Positions 30,001 through 41,500 of a stretch of 64,000 bases of DNA are shown here, piece after piece. Within the stretch, counting starts at the first letter, position 1; each line of letters starts with the position of its first letter. The position numbers and the translations under genes are program-made. The notes below the pieces were generated by a model. That model ran no database searches and was not told the DNA's origin. It saw nothing but the letters and a program-made list of their open reading frames with translations. The DNA is from Rhynchopus sp. YZ270_cl-10 (lineage: Eukaryota), in NCBI GenBank assembly GCA_964035575.1, contig OZ037841.1:806001-870000 (forward strand), written 5' to 3'.

Positions 30001-33000
30001 GTTGCAACGCGCTGCTTTCGACGCGTTGTTTTGGTTGCGTTGCAACGCGCTGCTTTCGACGCGTTGTTTTGTTTGCGTTACAACGCGCTGCTTTCGACGC
30101 GTTGTTTTGGATGCGTTACAACGCGCTGCTTTCGACGCGTTGTTTTGGTTGCGGTACAACGCGCTGCTTTCGACGCGTTGTTTTGGTTGCGTTACAACGC
30201 GTGGATTTCGACGCGTTGTTTTGGTTGCGTTACAACGCGCTGCTTTCGACACGTTGTTTTGGTTGCGTTACAACGCGTGGCTTTCGATGCGTTGTTTTGG
30301 TTGCGTTACAACGCGCTGCTTTCGACGCGTTGTTTTGGTTGCGTTACAACGCGTGGATTTCGACGCGTTGTTTTGGTTGCGTCACAACGCGCTGCTTTCG
30401 ACACGTTGTTTTGGTTGCGTTACAACGCGTGGCTTTCGATGCGTTGTTTTGGTTGCGTTACAACGCGCTGCTTTCGACGCGTTGTTTTGGTTGCGTTACA
30501 ACGCGTGGCTTTCGACGCGTTGTTTTGGTTGCGTCACAACGCGCTGCTTTCGACACGTTGTTTTGGTTGCGTTACAACGCGCTGTTTTCGACGCGTTGTT
30601 TTGGATGCGTTACAACGCGTGGCTTTCGACACGTTGTTTTGGTTGCGTTACAACGCGCTGTTTTCGACGCGTTGTTTTGGATGCGTTACAACGCGTGGCT
30701 TTCGATGCGTTGTTTTGGTTGCGTTACAACGCGCTGCTTTGGACGCGTTGTTTTGGTTGCGTTACAACGCGATGCTTTCGACGCGTTGTTTTGGTTGCGT
30801 TACAACGCGCTGCTTTCGACACGTTGTTTTGGATGCGTTACAACGCGCTGCTTTCGACACGTTGTTTTGGATGCGTTACAACGCGATGCTTTCGACGCGT
30901 TGTTTTGTTTGCGTTACAACGCGCTGCTTTCGACACGTTGTTTTGGATGCGTTACAACGCGCTGCTTTCGACGCGTTGTTTTGGATGCGTTACAACGCGC
31001 TGCTTTCGACGCGTTGTTTTGTTTGCGTTACAACGCGCTGCTTTCGACGCGTTGTTTTGGATGCGTTACAACGCGATGCTTTCGACACGTTGTTTTGGTT
31101 GCGTTACAACGCGTGGCTTTCGACACGTTGTTTTGGTTGCGTTACAACGCGATGCTTTCGACGCGTTGTTTTGGTTGCGTTACAACGCGCTGCTTTCGAC
31201 GCGTTGTTTTGGATGCGTTACAACGCGCTGCTTTCGACACGTTGTTTTGGATGCGTTACAACGCGCTGCTTTCGACGCGTTGTTTTGGATGCGTTACAAC
31301 GCGCTGCTTTCGACGCGTTGTTTTGTTTGCGTTACAACGCGCTGCTTTCGTCGCGTTGTTTTGGATGCGTTACAACGCGATGCTTTCGACGCGTTGTTTT
31401 GTTTGCGTTACTACGCGCTGCTTTCGACGCGTTGTTTTGGTTGCGTTACAACGCGCTGTTTTCGACGCGTTGTTTTGGTTGAGTTACAACGCGCTGCTTT
31501 CGACGCGTTGTTTTGGTTGCGTTACAACGCGCTGTTTTCGACGCGTTGTTTTGGATGCGTTACAACGCGTGGCTTTCGACGCGTTGTTTTGGTTGCGTCA
31601 CAACGCGCTGCTTTCGACGCGTTGTTTTGGTTGCGTTACAACGCGCTGCTTTCGACGCGTTGTTTTGGATGCGTTACAACGCGCTGCTTTCGACGCGTTG
31701 TTTTGGTTGCGTTACAACGCGTTGTTTTCGACGCGTTGTTTTGTTTGCGTTACAACGCGCTGCTTTCGACGCGTTGTTTTGGTTGCGTCACAACGCGCTG
31801 CTTTCGACACGTTGTTTTGGTTGCGTTACAACGCGCTGTTTTCGACGCGTTGTTTTGGATGCGTTACAACGCGTGGCTTTCGATGCGTTGTTTTGGTTGC
31901 GTTACAACGCGCTGCTTTCGACGCGTTGTTTTGGTTGCGTTACAACGCGATGCTTTCGACGCGTTGTTTTGGTTGCGTCACAACGCGCTGCTTTCGACGC
32001 GTTGTTTTGGTTGCGTCACAACGCGCTGCTTTCGACGCGTTGTTTTGTTTGCGTTACAACGCTCTGCTTTGGACGCGTTGTTTTGGTTGCGTTACAACGC
32101 GATGCTTTCGACGCGTTGTTTTGGTTGCGTCACAACGCGCTGCTTTCGACGCGTTGTTTTGGATGCGTTACAACGCGCTGCTTTCGACGCGTTGTTTTGG
32201 TTGCGTTACAACGCGTGGCTTTCGACACGTTGTTTTGGTTGCGTTACAGCGCGCTGCTTTCGACGCGTTGTTTTGGTTGCGTTACAACGCGTGGCTTTCG
32301 ACGCGTTGTTTTGTTTGCGTTACAACGCGTGGCTTTCGACACGTTGTTTTGGTTGCGTCACAACGCGCTGTTTTCGACGCGTTGTTTTGGTTGCGTCACA
32401 ACGCGCTGTTTTCGACGCGTTGTTTTGGATGCGTTACAGCGCGCTGTTTTCGACGCGTTGTTTTGGTTGCGTCACAACGCGCTGCTTTCGACGCGTTGTT
32501 TTGGTTGCGTTACAGCGCGCTGCTTTCGACGCGTTGTTTTGGTTGCGTTACAACGTGTGGCTTTCGACACGTTGTTTTGGTTGCGTCACAACGCGCTGTT
32601 TTCGACACGTTGTTTTGGATGCGTCACAACGCGCTGCTTTCGACGCGTTGTTTTGTTTGCGTTACAACGCGTGGCTTTCGACACGTTGTTTTGGATGCGT
32701 TACAACGCGATGCTTTCGACGCGTTGTTTTGGTTGCGTTACAGCGCGCTGCTTTCGACACGTTGTTTTGGATGCGTTACAACGCGCTGCTTTCGACACGT
32801 TGTTTTGGTTGCGTCACAACGCGCTGCTTTCGACACGTTGTTTTGGATGCGTTACAGCGCGCTGCTTTCGACGCGTTGTTTTGGATGCGTTACAACGCGT
32901 GGCTTTCGACGCGTTGTTTTGGTTGCGTTACAACGCGATGCTTTCGACGCGTTGTTTTGGTTGCGTTACAACGCGCTGCTTTCGACGCGTTGTTTTGGAT

Positions 33001-33212
33001 GCGTTACAACGCGCTGCTTTCGACGCGTTGTTTTGGTTGCGTTACAACGAGCTGCTTTCGACGCGTTGTTTTGGATGCGTCACAACGCGCTGCTTTCGAC
33101 GCGTTGTTTTGGTTGCGTCACAACGCGCTGCTTTCGACGCGTTGTTTTGGTTGCGTTACAGCGCGCTGCTTTCGACGCGTTGTTTTGGTTGCGTTACAAC
33201 GCACTGCTTTCG
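1..33212. repeat. 38-bp tandem satellite array, ~874 units, truncated by the window start; consensus ACGCGTTGTTTTGGTTGCGTTACAACGCGCTGCTTTCG
   Basis: The unit is read directly. Units start at 1 and at 33137, and (33137-1)/38 = 872 exactly. Each unit has 6 CpGs and the internal inverted repeat CGCGTTGT/ACAACGCG. Confidence 0.99.
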
Positions 33213-33442
33213 ACATGTTGTTTTTGTTGAGTTTTAACAGCATGACAAACAGCGCGCCGTTTTGTTGCATTACAAGAAAACGCCTGAAAGCGTGTAGTTT
33301 TGTTCCATTACAACAGCACGCCTCTAAACGTGTCGTTTTGTTGCGTCACAGCAGCACGCCTAAAAAACGCGCCGTTTTGTTACGTTACAACAGCACACCT
33401 AAAAACGTGAAGTTTTGTTGCGTTTCAAGTGCACGACTTAAT
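33213..33442. repeat. Diverged satellite border: about 6 units of a related 38-39 bp variant (approx. AAACGCGCCGTTTTGTTGCGTTACAACAGCACGCCTAA)
   Basis: The core GTTTTGTTGCGTTACAAC recurs at ~38-39 bp spacing with a different second half. Confidence 0.85.
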
Positions 33443-34653
33443 ATTACATCCGCACAGTGGAAAAAGAAATCGGATAAGGGATGAAATTGATCGGGTTACA
33501 AAGTCGCTTCGAAACTGCGTGAACGTTCGGGACTGCTTTCGTTGGGTCTCTGACACACTCGGGACGTAGGACCTTGGTGAGACCTGACCTCCCTCAAGGG
33601 TCCCTAGGGCTTTGTAGGGAGGCAGCGACTTCGCTCTAGTAACCGTAACATTAGATTTCCGTACCCTGCCGTCGGAGCGCGCACAATTATCGCGAGAGCT
33701 CGGGAGAATTCCTTGAGAGCTCTTCATACTATTTTCTGCGAACTTTAAAAATGTGAAAAATGCCCCTTTTTTTTTTTCACACGCGTCTATTTAGTAGGAT
33801 AATCCTGAACACTCTTTGCTGGGTCGTGTGTTTGATGAGCGGGATATTCTGCCACAAAGCGGAATCAATCGTGAATGATCTTAACCTAGATAAACCATCA
33901 GTATGGTCACAGAACGCACTTTGTGCATGGCTTTTTGGGTTGTTTTTGAACACAAAAGGGCTACATATGGTTCTAACACCCCAGAATCGTGTTTCCCAGC
34001 CCGCATAGCCAGGTATGTGCCCGAAAACCCACCCAAAAAGGCAAAAACCGCGGTTTTTGGTTTTCCGATTCAGTTTTAAGGTCCTTGAAAAGTGTCAGTC
34101 CCCCAATGCTATCCCTCTCTTCTCCTGTTACTATGCGTGTCAATTACCGCCGTTTCTTGATATCAATGTACCGTTCCGATAGTGTCCAAAATTCACGGAA
34201 AACCCTCATTTAAATTTTAAAAACTACTTCTCCCCTCCAATTAATTATAAAGTTTAAATTTTTCTCAAAGAAGTGTGCAACTATTCTCCCAGGGATAATG
34301 ATTCTACCCGGATAATTGGTCCACCCCCTTTACCCAAAACCACAGCTGGGACTACTGACATTATGTTTATATTTTTGACACTCCGTTTTTTGGAGTCTCA
34401 TTGAATTGAACCGTAGTTGAAAACGAAACATCTGCACTACTTTCACTTAATTATGTACACCCCACCTACGCCGCGACCACTTCCACCACTACCCCTCCCA
34501 TTCTATACCACCCACCCTACAGCGTCATTCTCTTTGCGCACCCTACACAACCCAACCACACTACCCACTTTTTACTTTACCCTTTTTTGCCTACTCCCCT
34601 GCCCCCCCTTCTTCTTCCCTTCTTCCCTTCTTTCGCGCCCACAAAAAGAGATC

Positions 34654-35856
34654 ATGGGATCTGAGAGGGTTGGGAGACAGCAGCGGTCGGACGCCGTTGT
34701 TGCGCGTGGTCATGACGACGAATATGTCGCGTCTAAGTGGTGCAACAACGTGCTGAGAGCGCTCTGCCCCTTCTGTGGCGCGAAGAAGGGCAAGGGACGG
34801 GGTGGCAGCGGAAAGGGCTGCAAATACCTGCATCTCGACAACTATGTCGAGTGGCCTGCTGAACAGAGGCATTCCAGCGTGGTGCGGAACCTGATGTTTG
34901 AACACATGGAGAAGCTTCAGGGCTACACCAACAGGACGATCAAAGGTTTGAGCGATACGGAGGCAACAGCGCTGTTTGGCAAGCTCGCCGCAGTGGGATG
35001 GAACCCACAACTTCTGCAAACCCGCGAATCGGTGCAAATTGTCTCCAACCACGTTGCCCTGCTTCTTCACTGCCACAGCGTGAAGAACGCACCAGAGATC
35101 GCAGTGCAGACCCTGCAGTGTTTGTTCGCTTCCCCCACATCGAATGGCTTTGTGAAGAGACAGACACGCAACCCTCCAAGGTCTTGGTGTGCCAACCCAC
35201 GGAGGGCTTCCTGCACGGAGACGTGCCCAAACCTTCATGTCGAAGATGTTTCCGCACATTCTGCAGACCGTCGTCGTGTTGCAGCCGAGTCAACCAAAGG
35301 GACCTCCGCTGAATACATGGAACTTGAAATGTCTGTTGCGTTGTGTCAAGATCTGATTTCTGCGTTGCGTTCTGCAGGACAGTATGATGTGTTGTGGAAC
35401 TACCTTTGCAACAAGGGGTGGAAGCCGCAGGCAATGGGAATCCAAAGCTCGCAGGAGAAGGTGGAGTTTGTGTTGGTCCTCTGCGCGGAAGCGTTGCATA
35501 TGATGGGTGTGTCGCGGGTTCCGGACCTGGTCTTCGACACTTTTGCGGTGGTGGACGGGGTGCTTACCCTGGACAGCACCGAGGTTGAGACCAGAAGTGA
35601 CGGTATCTCGACTGAATCCGTCAGTGCAGCCTCCTCCTCAGGAGGTGGACGGACCCCACCACCACCATCATGCCTCGCTGATGACATGGACCTCCCGCCC
35701 CTCGGCGACGCCCTCCCCGATGACATGACAGACCTCCTCCTAGAAGTGGCCGCAATGTGCGAAGAAGTGGACCAAGGAAGCCTCGCAGAAAGCGACGGGT
35801 CGTGCAGTATCCATGCTGCACCATACTTTGCACACGGCACTCCAGTGCGTTGGTGA
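34654..35856 (+). CDS. Hypothetical 400-aa protein with two CCCH-like zinc-finger motifs and an acidic low-complexity C-terminus
   Basis: GC-rich ORF. The ATG at 34654 follows a pyrimidine-rich tract. Motifs WCNNVLRALC...CKYLH and WCANPRRASCTETCPNLH. Confidence 0.75.
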   Translation: MGSERVGRQQRSDAVVARGHDDEYVASKWCNNVLRALCPFCGAKKGKGRGGSGKGCKYLHLDNYVEWPAEQRHSSVVRNLMFEHMEKLQGYTNRTIKGLSDTEATALFGKLAAVGWNPQLLQTRESVQIVSNHVALLLHCHSVKNAPEIAVQTLQCLFASPTSNGFVKRQTRNPPRSWCANPRRASCTETCPNLHVEDVSAHSADRRRVAAESTKGTSAEYMELEMSVALCQDLISALRSAGQYDVLWNYLCNKGWKPQAMGIQSSQEKVEFVLVLCAEALHMMGVSRVPDLVFDTFAVVDGVLTLDSTEVETRSDGISTESVSAASSSGGGRTPPPPSCLADDMDLPPLGDALPDDMTDLLLEVAAMCEEVDQGSLAESDGSCSIHAAPYFAHGTPVRW

Positions 35857-38229
35857 TAGATTTTTTTCTTCTTCCCCCCTCTGTTGAAATAGTTAAACAA
35901 ATTTGCTGTTAAAATATGGTCTTTGAAGACCAACATTGGTTTTTTTTTTACCTTGTTCTTAGTACCTCTCTTGCTTCCCTACCCTGTTTGATTTGGAGTT
36001 CAAATTTTTGGACAAAAAAAGTGTTCGTTGGTGAAGCACAAAAAATTCAGGCTCGGCAAAGTTGTCGAAATTGACAAAAAATGAAAAAAGACTCAATTTG
36101 CATCTATACCTTCCGTAGTACAAAAGGCTTCGGCCGACATTGAGTATAGGTCTTTAAATCAGTAGGTGTAAAGTGATTTTGTCGATACAACAACAAAAAC
36201 AGCGTGCACTGGGTGTATCTTCTGATTGGTTGAATTTTCTCCTTCCTCTTCACTATCATCCAGACTCCTGTTCTCAGACATAATCCAAAATATATTATAA
36301 ATCCTTCTTCAAGGTGAGCAAGTACACGAGGCTTCTAATTCATCTTTATCTTTTCTCTTCCCTCCCCCCTCTCTTTTTTGCCCTATTTTTTTGTGGAGAG
36401 ACTCAAAGTGATACGGTGGCCCAGTCGTGACACCTGTCGGGTCCTGACAAAGGGACCATCGTAGAACTGCCTGTTTATGTTGTGATTCTTTTTTTTAATT
36501 TTTCCTGTTTTCTTTCAAGAGTGTCCTTTGTTTTGCATTTTGTCCAAATATTTGTACAGGCTTTCTTTGAGTTCTCTCCACGGGCTTTTTTTTTTATACC
36601 ACATTCTTTTGAACGTTATCTGTCATTGCTCTACGACCGATTTCATTGATTTCCTTTTTCGAAATTCAGGCCTCATTTTTTGAGGAAATTTCATTTTTTG
36701 TTTGTCACCATCCCTAATTTCTTTCTTTATGAAAGGTTGCGTTTTGCCCCTCTTTATTGCTTATTCTCTTGACAGATCCGGGTACATTTAGTGTACATTA
36801 TTATACCTTCTATTCAGTAGAATAGAAAGGTATTTGAAATAAGCTTCTCTTTTGACAGGTCCTCAGTAAATTTCCCAACCTGCACGACAATGAAGTAACT
36901 GGTAAATGACTTGACTTGTGGTTTACCGTTTCACTGTTGTAAGCTGTAAAAAAAAGACTTTGTCAGGACTTTGTTTAATTATACAAGCACAAAACTAAGA
37001 GTGAACACACGAGAAGATTAATTTGTTTTCCGTGCAAACACTCTGGTGGAGACTTAGTTTTTTTCTTCTTTTTGTCTCCTTTTTTAAAACTTCCGATATC
37101 AAACACCAGAGATACTCACTCATTGCATGTATCGATGAAAGCGATCCCATTTCCTTCCTCCCTTATATTTTCTCTTGCAGCTGCTCTTTTTTTAGATGTG
37201 TGTGCACAAGAGGCACATTCAATCTTTCAAGTTTTCTTTTTTGCTTTCCCTCCCCCCAAAGAGACGACAAAGGTTTCGTTCTCTCCACACAATGTCCCAT
37301 TCACCCACCTCTCCCCTATTCCTCAAATAATTTCGCACGCATGGTTTGTTTGTGCAAGTAAGGTATCGATCAACCCCTTCCCATTTTCCCCCTCTCCCCC
37401 TTTTACCCTGAATCTTAAAGCGTCCAGGAGTCCTGAACGTAATTGGAAGGGGAATAAAGTAAAAATTATTCAAAAGAAAAATAATGAGAGATCACAACCC
37501 TGGGGTATCTACACATAACGTAAACAAAGAGACCTATTTTATCTCTTGAGGAATAACAACCTCGCGCATCCTCGGGTGTCTGCATTCATAAAGTTTTCAA
37601 AAAAAAAAGTATAGTGGAGCACACTCTAGGGTGGCTACACTAATACAACCAAGTTTTCAAAAAACAAAAGAAACGTTTTTTCTTGGGCGAGGAGTCTACC
37701 TGCCTTTGCGATTGTTGCCAGTTTTCTTCTTTTGGGGTTAATTATCCGACAAAAATGCCAGGTTCTCTTTCGAGATATCTTTCTTTTTTGCCTCAGGGTC
37801 ACCCAATACAAAGGAGTTGATGTGGTTTGTCGTTATATCCTCTTCTTCTTCTTCTTGATTTTTTTGTTTTGTTTTGTCATCTTCTTTTCTCATCAAAAAG
37901 AAATATTTCATCAAAATCACCGCCTGATGTGAAATGTGGACTCTCAGTTCCGGTCCCTTGCTTGCTTCTTCCGTCTTGCAAAACGATTTTTTTTATTTTC
38001 GTCTTTTTTTTATAAACAAACGTGGCTGCTATCCCGCGATACTAGTCTAAAAAATTTTTAAAATAAACATATTTCTTCTCTTTATCCCCTCCCATACATC
38101 AATTCTATTTTTATATATTTTTTTTAGTTGAATAAATAGGTCCCCTTTATCACGAAGTATCGTTATTCCGTGCTACACATTTCTTCTATTACCCAAAAAT
38201 ACCTTCCCTTCATTTGTTATTGATTACTT

Positions 38230-38577
38230 TTAACCAAAAATTTGGATTGAGGATGATCTGTAATCTGCATCTAATCTCTTTTGAAATTCATTTAGCCTTT
38301 CAGGACTTTTCACAGTGAACCAGTAGGCGAAACCACTAGTGGACTTCGACAGGTGAAATGACGTCAGGTGGAACCTGACAACTCGACAGACTTCGCCTCT
38401 CGACCCCACCAGGCTGACCCTGTCTTCGCGCCTACTGGTCCACTGTGCAAAACCCTTAGTATAGGGAGGGATACACGCTGGGCTGTATTTTGAAAATAAA
38501 CAAAGAAAGACATTCTTCGTGCATAATCTGATAGTAGATTTTTCACCAAGGATTTCACCAAACAAACAGCTACTCAT
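38230..38577 (-). pseudogene. Decayed transposase fragment, hAT-like
   Basis: The peptide WFTVKSPERLNEFQKRLDA matches LPERLNESRKVLDA at ~53760-53805 (-). Both sites share the DNA ATTCATTTAGCCTTTC. It resembles the hAT SPxR region. Confidence 0.4.
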
Positions 38578-41500
38578 TACGATAAATGTATCCCCCCCTT
38601 AAAAAAAGCAAAGATATTTAAATATGGCTACCGTTATTATCGATGTTATCCTAAGGGTGATGTGGTCATTTTGTTGTTGGGGGAGGGGTGAGAGGGTGAG
38701 GAGGGAGAGAAAAAAAAACATATTAGAGGGATGATGAAACCAACGTTTCCAATCAGCGTGCTTATGGCGATTATGTGTTGCAACGTTTTGTATTCATATG
38801 CTCTTCTGCCAACGCAGTGAGGAAGTCAGAGTGGTTTCTTTTTCTTCTTCTTTTTTTTTCTTTCTCCATACCCCATCTCCATGGATCTTTCCTTCTTACT
38901 TCTCTTGGGCTTGATGTCTACAATATTTCGAAAAATTTCAAAAAAAAGAGATTAAAAATGGGTTATTATGTGTGTTTCAGTGCATCCACTGGGAACAAGC
39001 TAAGGCGATCATAACGTCAATAGCTGTCATATCCTTTGTACCCCCCACTACCTTCCCTACCCCGTTCATGATTGATGCGAACCTGTGAAACCACTGTGTT
39101 AAAATTGTCTGTGTCCACCCTTTCTACCTACACCCTCCCAAGCAGTGCAAGAAACCAAGAAGTACAATTGTATTTCAACTTCTTAAAGTGCTAAAAATTT
39201 TTCTTTCTCTTCTCAATTTCCCTCTCCCACAGCAGCTATTTTCCCCTTCACACCATGCCTCCCCAGTCTTCCCCACATTACCTCTTAATAAGCAAAATAT
39301 GATTTGAAGCACATCCTCCAGTGGGTGTGTACTGAATCATCATTGCAAAAAAAAAAAAACAATAAAAAAACAACAAAAAATCGTATAAAAAAATGCTCAC
39401 CGTTTATGCCTGCGCGTACCGACAAAACCAAACTCAGTTTTTGGCCTTTTTTTTTCCCCCTCTTTTTTTTTCGAAGTGGAACACAACTCCGGAAAAAAAA
39501 GTAGTAAAAAAAAAATTAAATAAGCGAGCTTTTTTGTTTGTGCTTGATGGCTAATCGTGTGTGTATGTATGTCTTGTGTGTGCACCCCGTATTTATTTTC
39601 TATTGTCTGGCAGAGTACAGGAAACAGCGTTTTGCGTTTTCTGCACACTATTTTTTTTTAAATAGGGGTGATGCAGGTCAGACCAGATTTTCTGAGGAAA
39701 AAAATATCCCATTATTTTCCTCTCTCTGGTTGTACCGTTATGTAACTTACTTATGAGTCTTTTCGTTCTGTAAAAAAATAAATAATAGCGTGTAGTTCAC
39801 AGGTGGTGTCTACACGTTGTCAATTTTTCAAAAAAAAAATATACACAAAAAAAGTCAATATCTGCTACCATCCTGGGCTGGACGTTAAATTGCATCCGGG
39901 GGGTCCTTTTTGTGGCACTTCCTCCTGAAACTCTATGAAGGTCCTACCTGAGAGTGAAAAGGTGCTGGGACGGTGAGGAAAGTTCCCAAATAAAAAAAAG
40001 AAGGGGAAAAAAAAGCAACAACCAAGTTTTTCAAACGGTCCGAAGTACTGTTACTACGTGAATGACCATAGGGAATGTAAGGTTTGTAAAACAGATGGAA
40101 ACATTACCTTGCTATTCTAATTCGTCATAAACAATTAAATAACGTTTGCCTCGTTTCCCCCTTTTTTTTTCTTCTTTCTTTTCTTTTCTAAGATGTATAC
40201 ACACATCTTTCAACTTTTTCCCCGTTTTTCAGGGGTTCCCGCAGGGTTTTTGGGCTCACAAGGGTACCAAAAAACAAAAAAAAAAACTACCCCCTCAAAA
40301 AAAAACCCCTGGGAGGCAAGTCAATGAGGAGAAGTTCCTGCTCCTTTTTGTTTGACAACCCGGGGCAGATTTTGTTGGGGCAGAGTGGGGCTACGGTCTT
40401 CAAAGCCACCGCCAAATACGAGAAGAAAAAGGACATTGTTGTATACTACTCTAGTGTCCTTGAGTCGATGACGATGGCGTTGTCCAGAACCAGAGCTACC
40501 CCCCCCCCCCCCCCCCCGTGATACCCCTATACGGAGTGAAGCATCCTCCACGGTGGTGTCTACACTACTACAAAAAATTTTCAAACAAAAAAAAAAAAAA
40601 ACATAAAACGCTGCAAGAGAGAAGAAATAAATAGTTGCTTTTCCGGCTAGCCCCTCATGATTTTGTATAAAAACATATTGATTTTCTGCTGTACGGAGGA
40701 AACACAAAGAAAGGTGTGCGCAGAGAGGTTTAGTTGGGGCAGGCGTAAGTTCTTATGAGGCACCCTTTTAGAAGAGACCTTGTTGATGGAGAGCCGCCCC
40801 TACCTTTTCTTGCAATAGAACTTTATTTGGGTACACTGTCACGTGAGGGCTTTGTATTTCAAGTCAACCTTATTTTGAGTCATCTTACCTTCTTTTTATG
40901 TACAGCCGGAAGACAACGTGTATGTGTCTCATTATTGGGGGTTAGACCAGAGTCTGCTATCGTCTATTCTTTCTCATTTCTGGACAAACGCGTTAAATGC
41001 TTTGTTCAGAAGTAATGAACAGATTATAAAAAAGAAATAAAAAAAAAATAGTGAAGCTTATCTTCGGGTGTCTTCACTCCAAAACAACAAAAAAAAGGTG
41101 AAATTCCCTTTGGGTAACGTTATCTTATCAGTACATTAGCATTTTTTTTTTAATATGTTTAGCATACAACCTCCGTTGTGGGTAACTGTGTGCAAAAATG
41201 AAGTGCTCTCTGGGGGGTTCGATAACCCGCGGAGAAGCAGTGCCCTGCGTCACGCTGATGAACGGTGAGGCGTTTTTTGCGCTGTCAACTTCTCTTTTTT
41301 TTTTCCCCTTTTCTTTTCTGTCAGTGACTGCGTCCCAGAGGCGTTTTGTACTTTCAACTTATCATTTTTTTTTATTTCAAATGTACTGATGGGGATTTTT
41401 CACTGTATGCCTCTCCAACTTCTCTCCCTCTCCCCTTCTCCCCCTTCTTCCAATTAGGGTATCCAAAAAAAATGTAATTAAACTTTTTGTGGCATTACAA

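Noticed and set aside
1..33212. CRISPR array (palindromic repeat of CRISPR-like length)
   Set aside because: Units are contiguous with no unique spacers, there are no cas genes, and the context is eukaryotic.
6..33484. Giant ORFs up to 11157 aa in all three + frames
   Set aside because: The 38-bp unit lacks stop codons on +, so every frame gives the same 38-aa cyclic peptide. There is no evidence of coding.
33668..33710. 7SL/SRP-like start GCCGTCGGAGCGC, or an RNase P/MRP P4-like pairing nearby
   Set aside because: No SRP S-domain motif follows, and the AAGTCGCT helix lacks the bulged U and CR-V context.
34417..34653. N-terminal extensions in the ORF track (also 56456, 58442, 59409, and the starts at 48900 and 55441)
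   Set aside because: Most start at TTG/GTG or run through pyrimidine tracts or introns. Downstream ATGs or upstream exons fit better.
38731..38765. C-box ATGATGA or SL-like AACCAACG
   Set aside because: No matching D box with terminal stem, and no SL core followed by GTATG.
41210..41232. tRNA or B-box from GGTTCGA
   Set aside because: No acceptor, D or anticodon arms in tRNA geometry. It is a simple hairpin inside family F.
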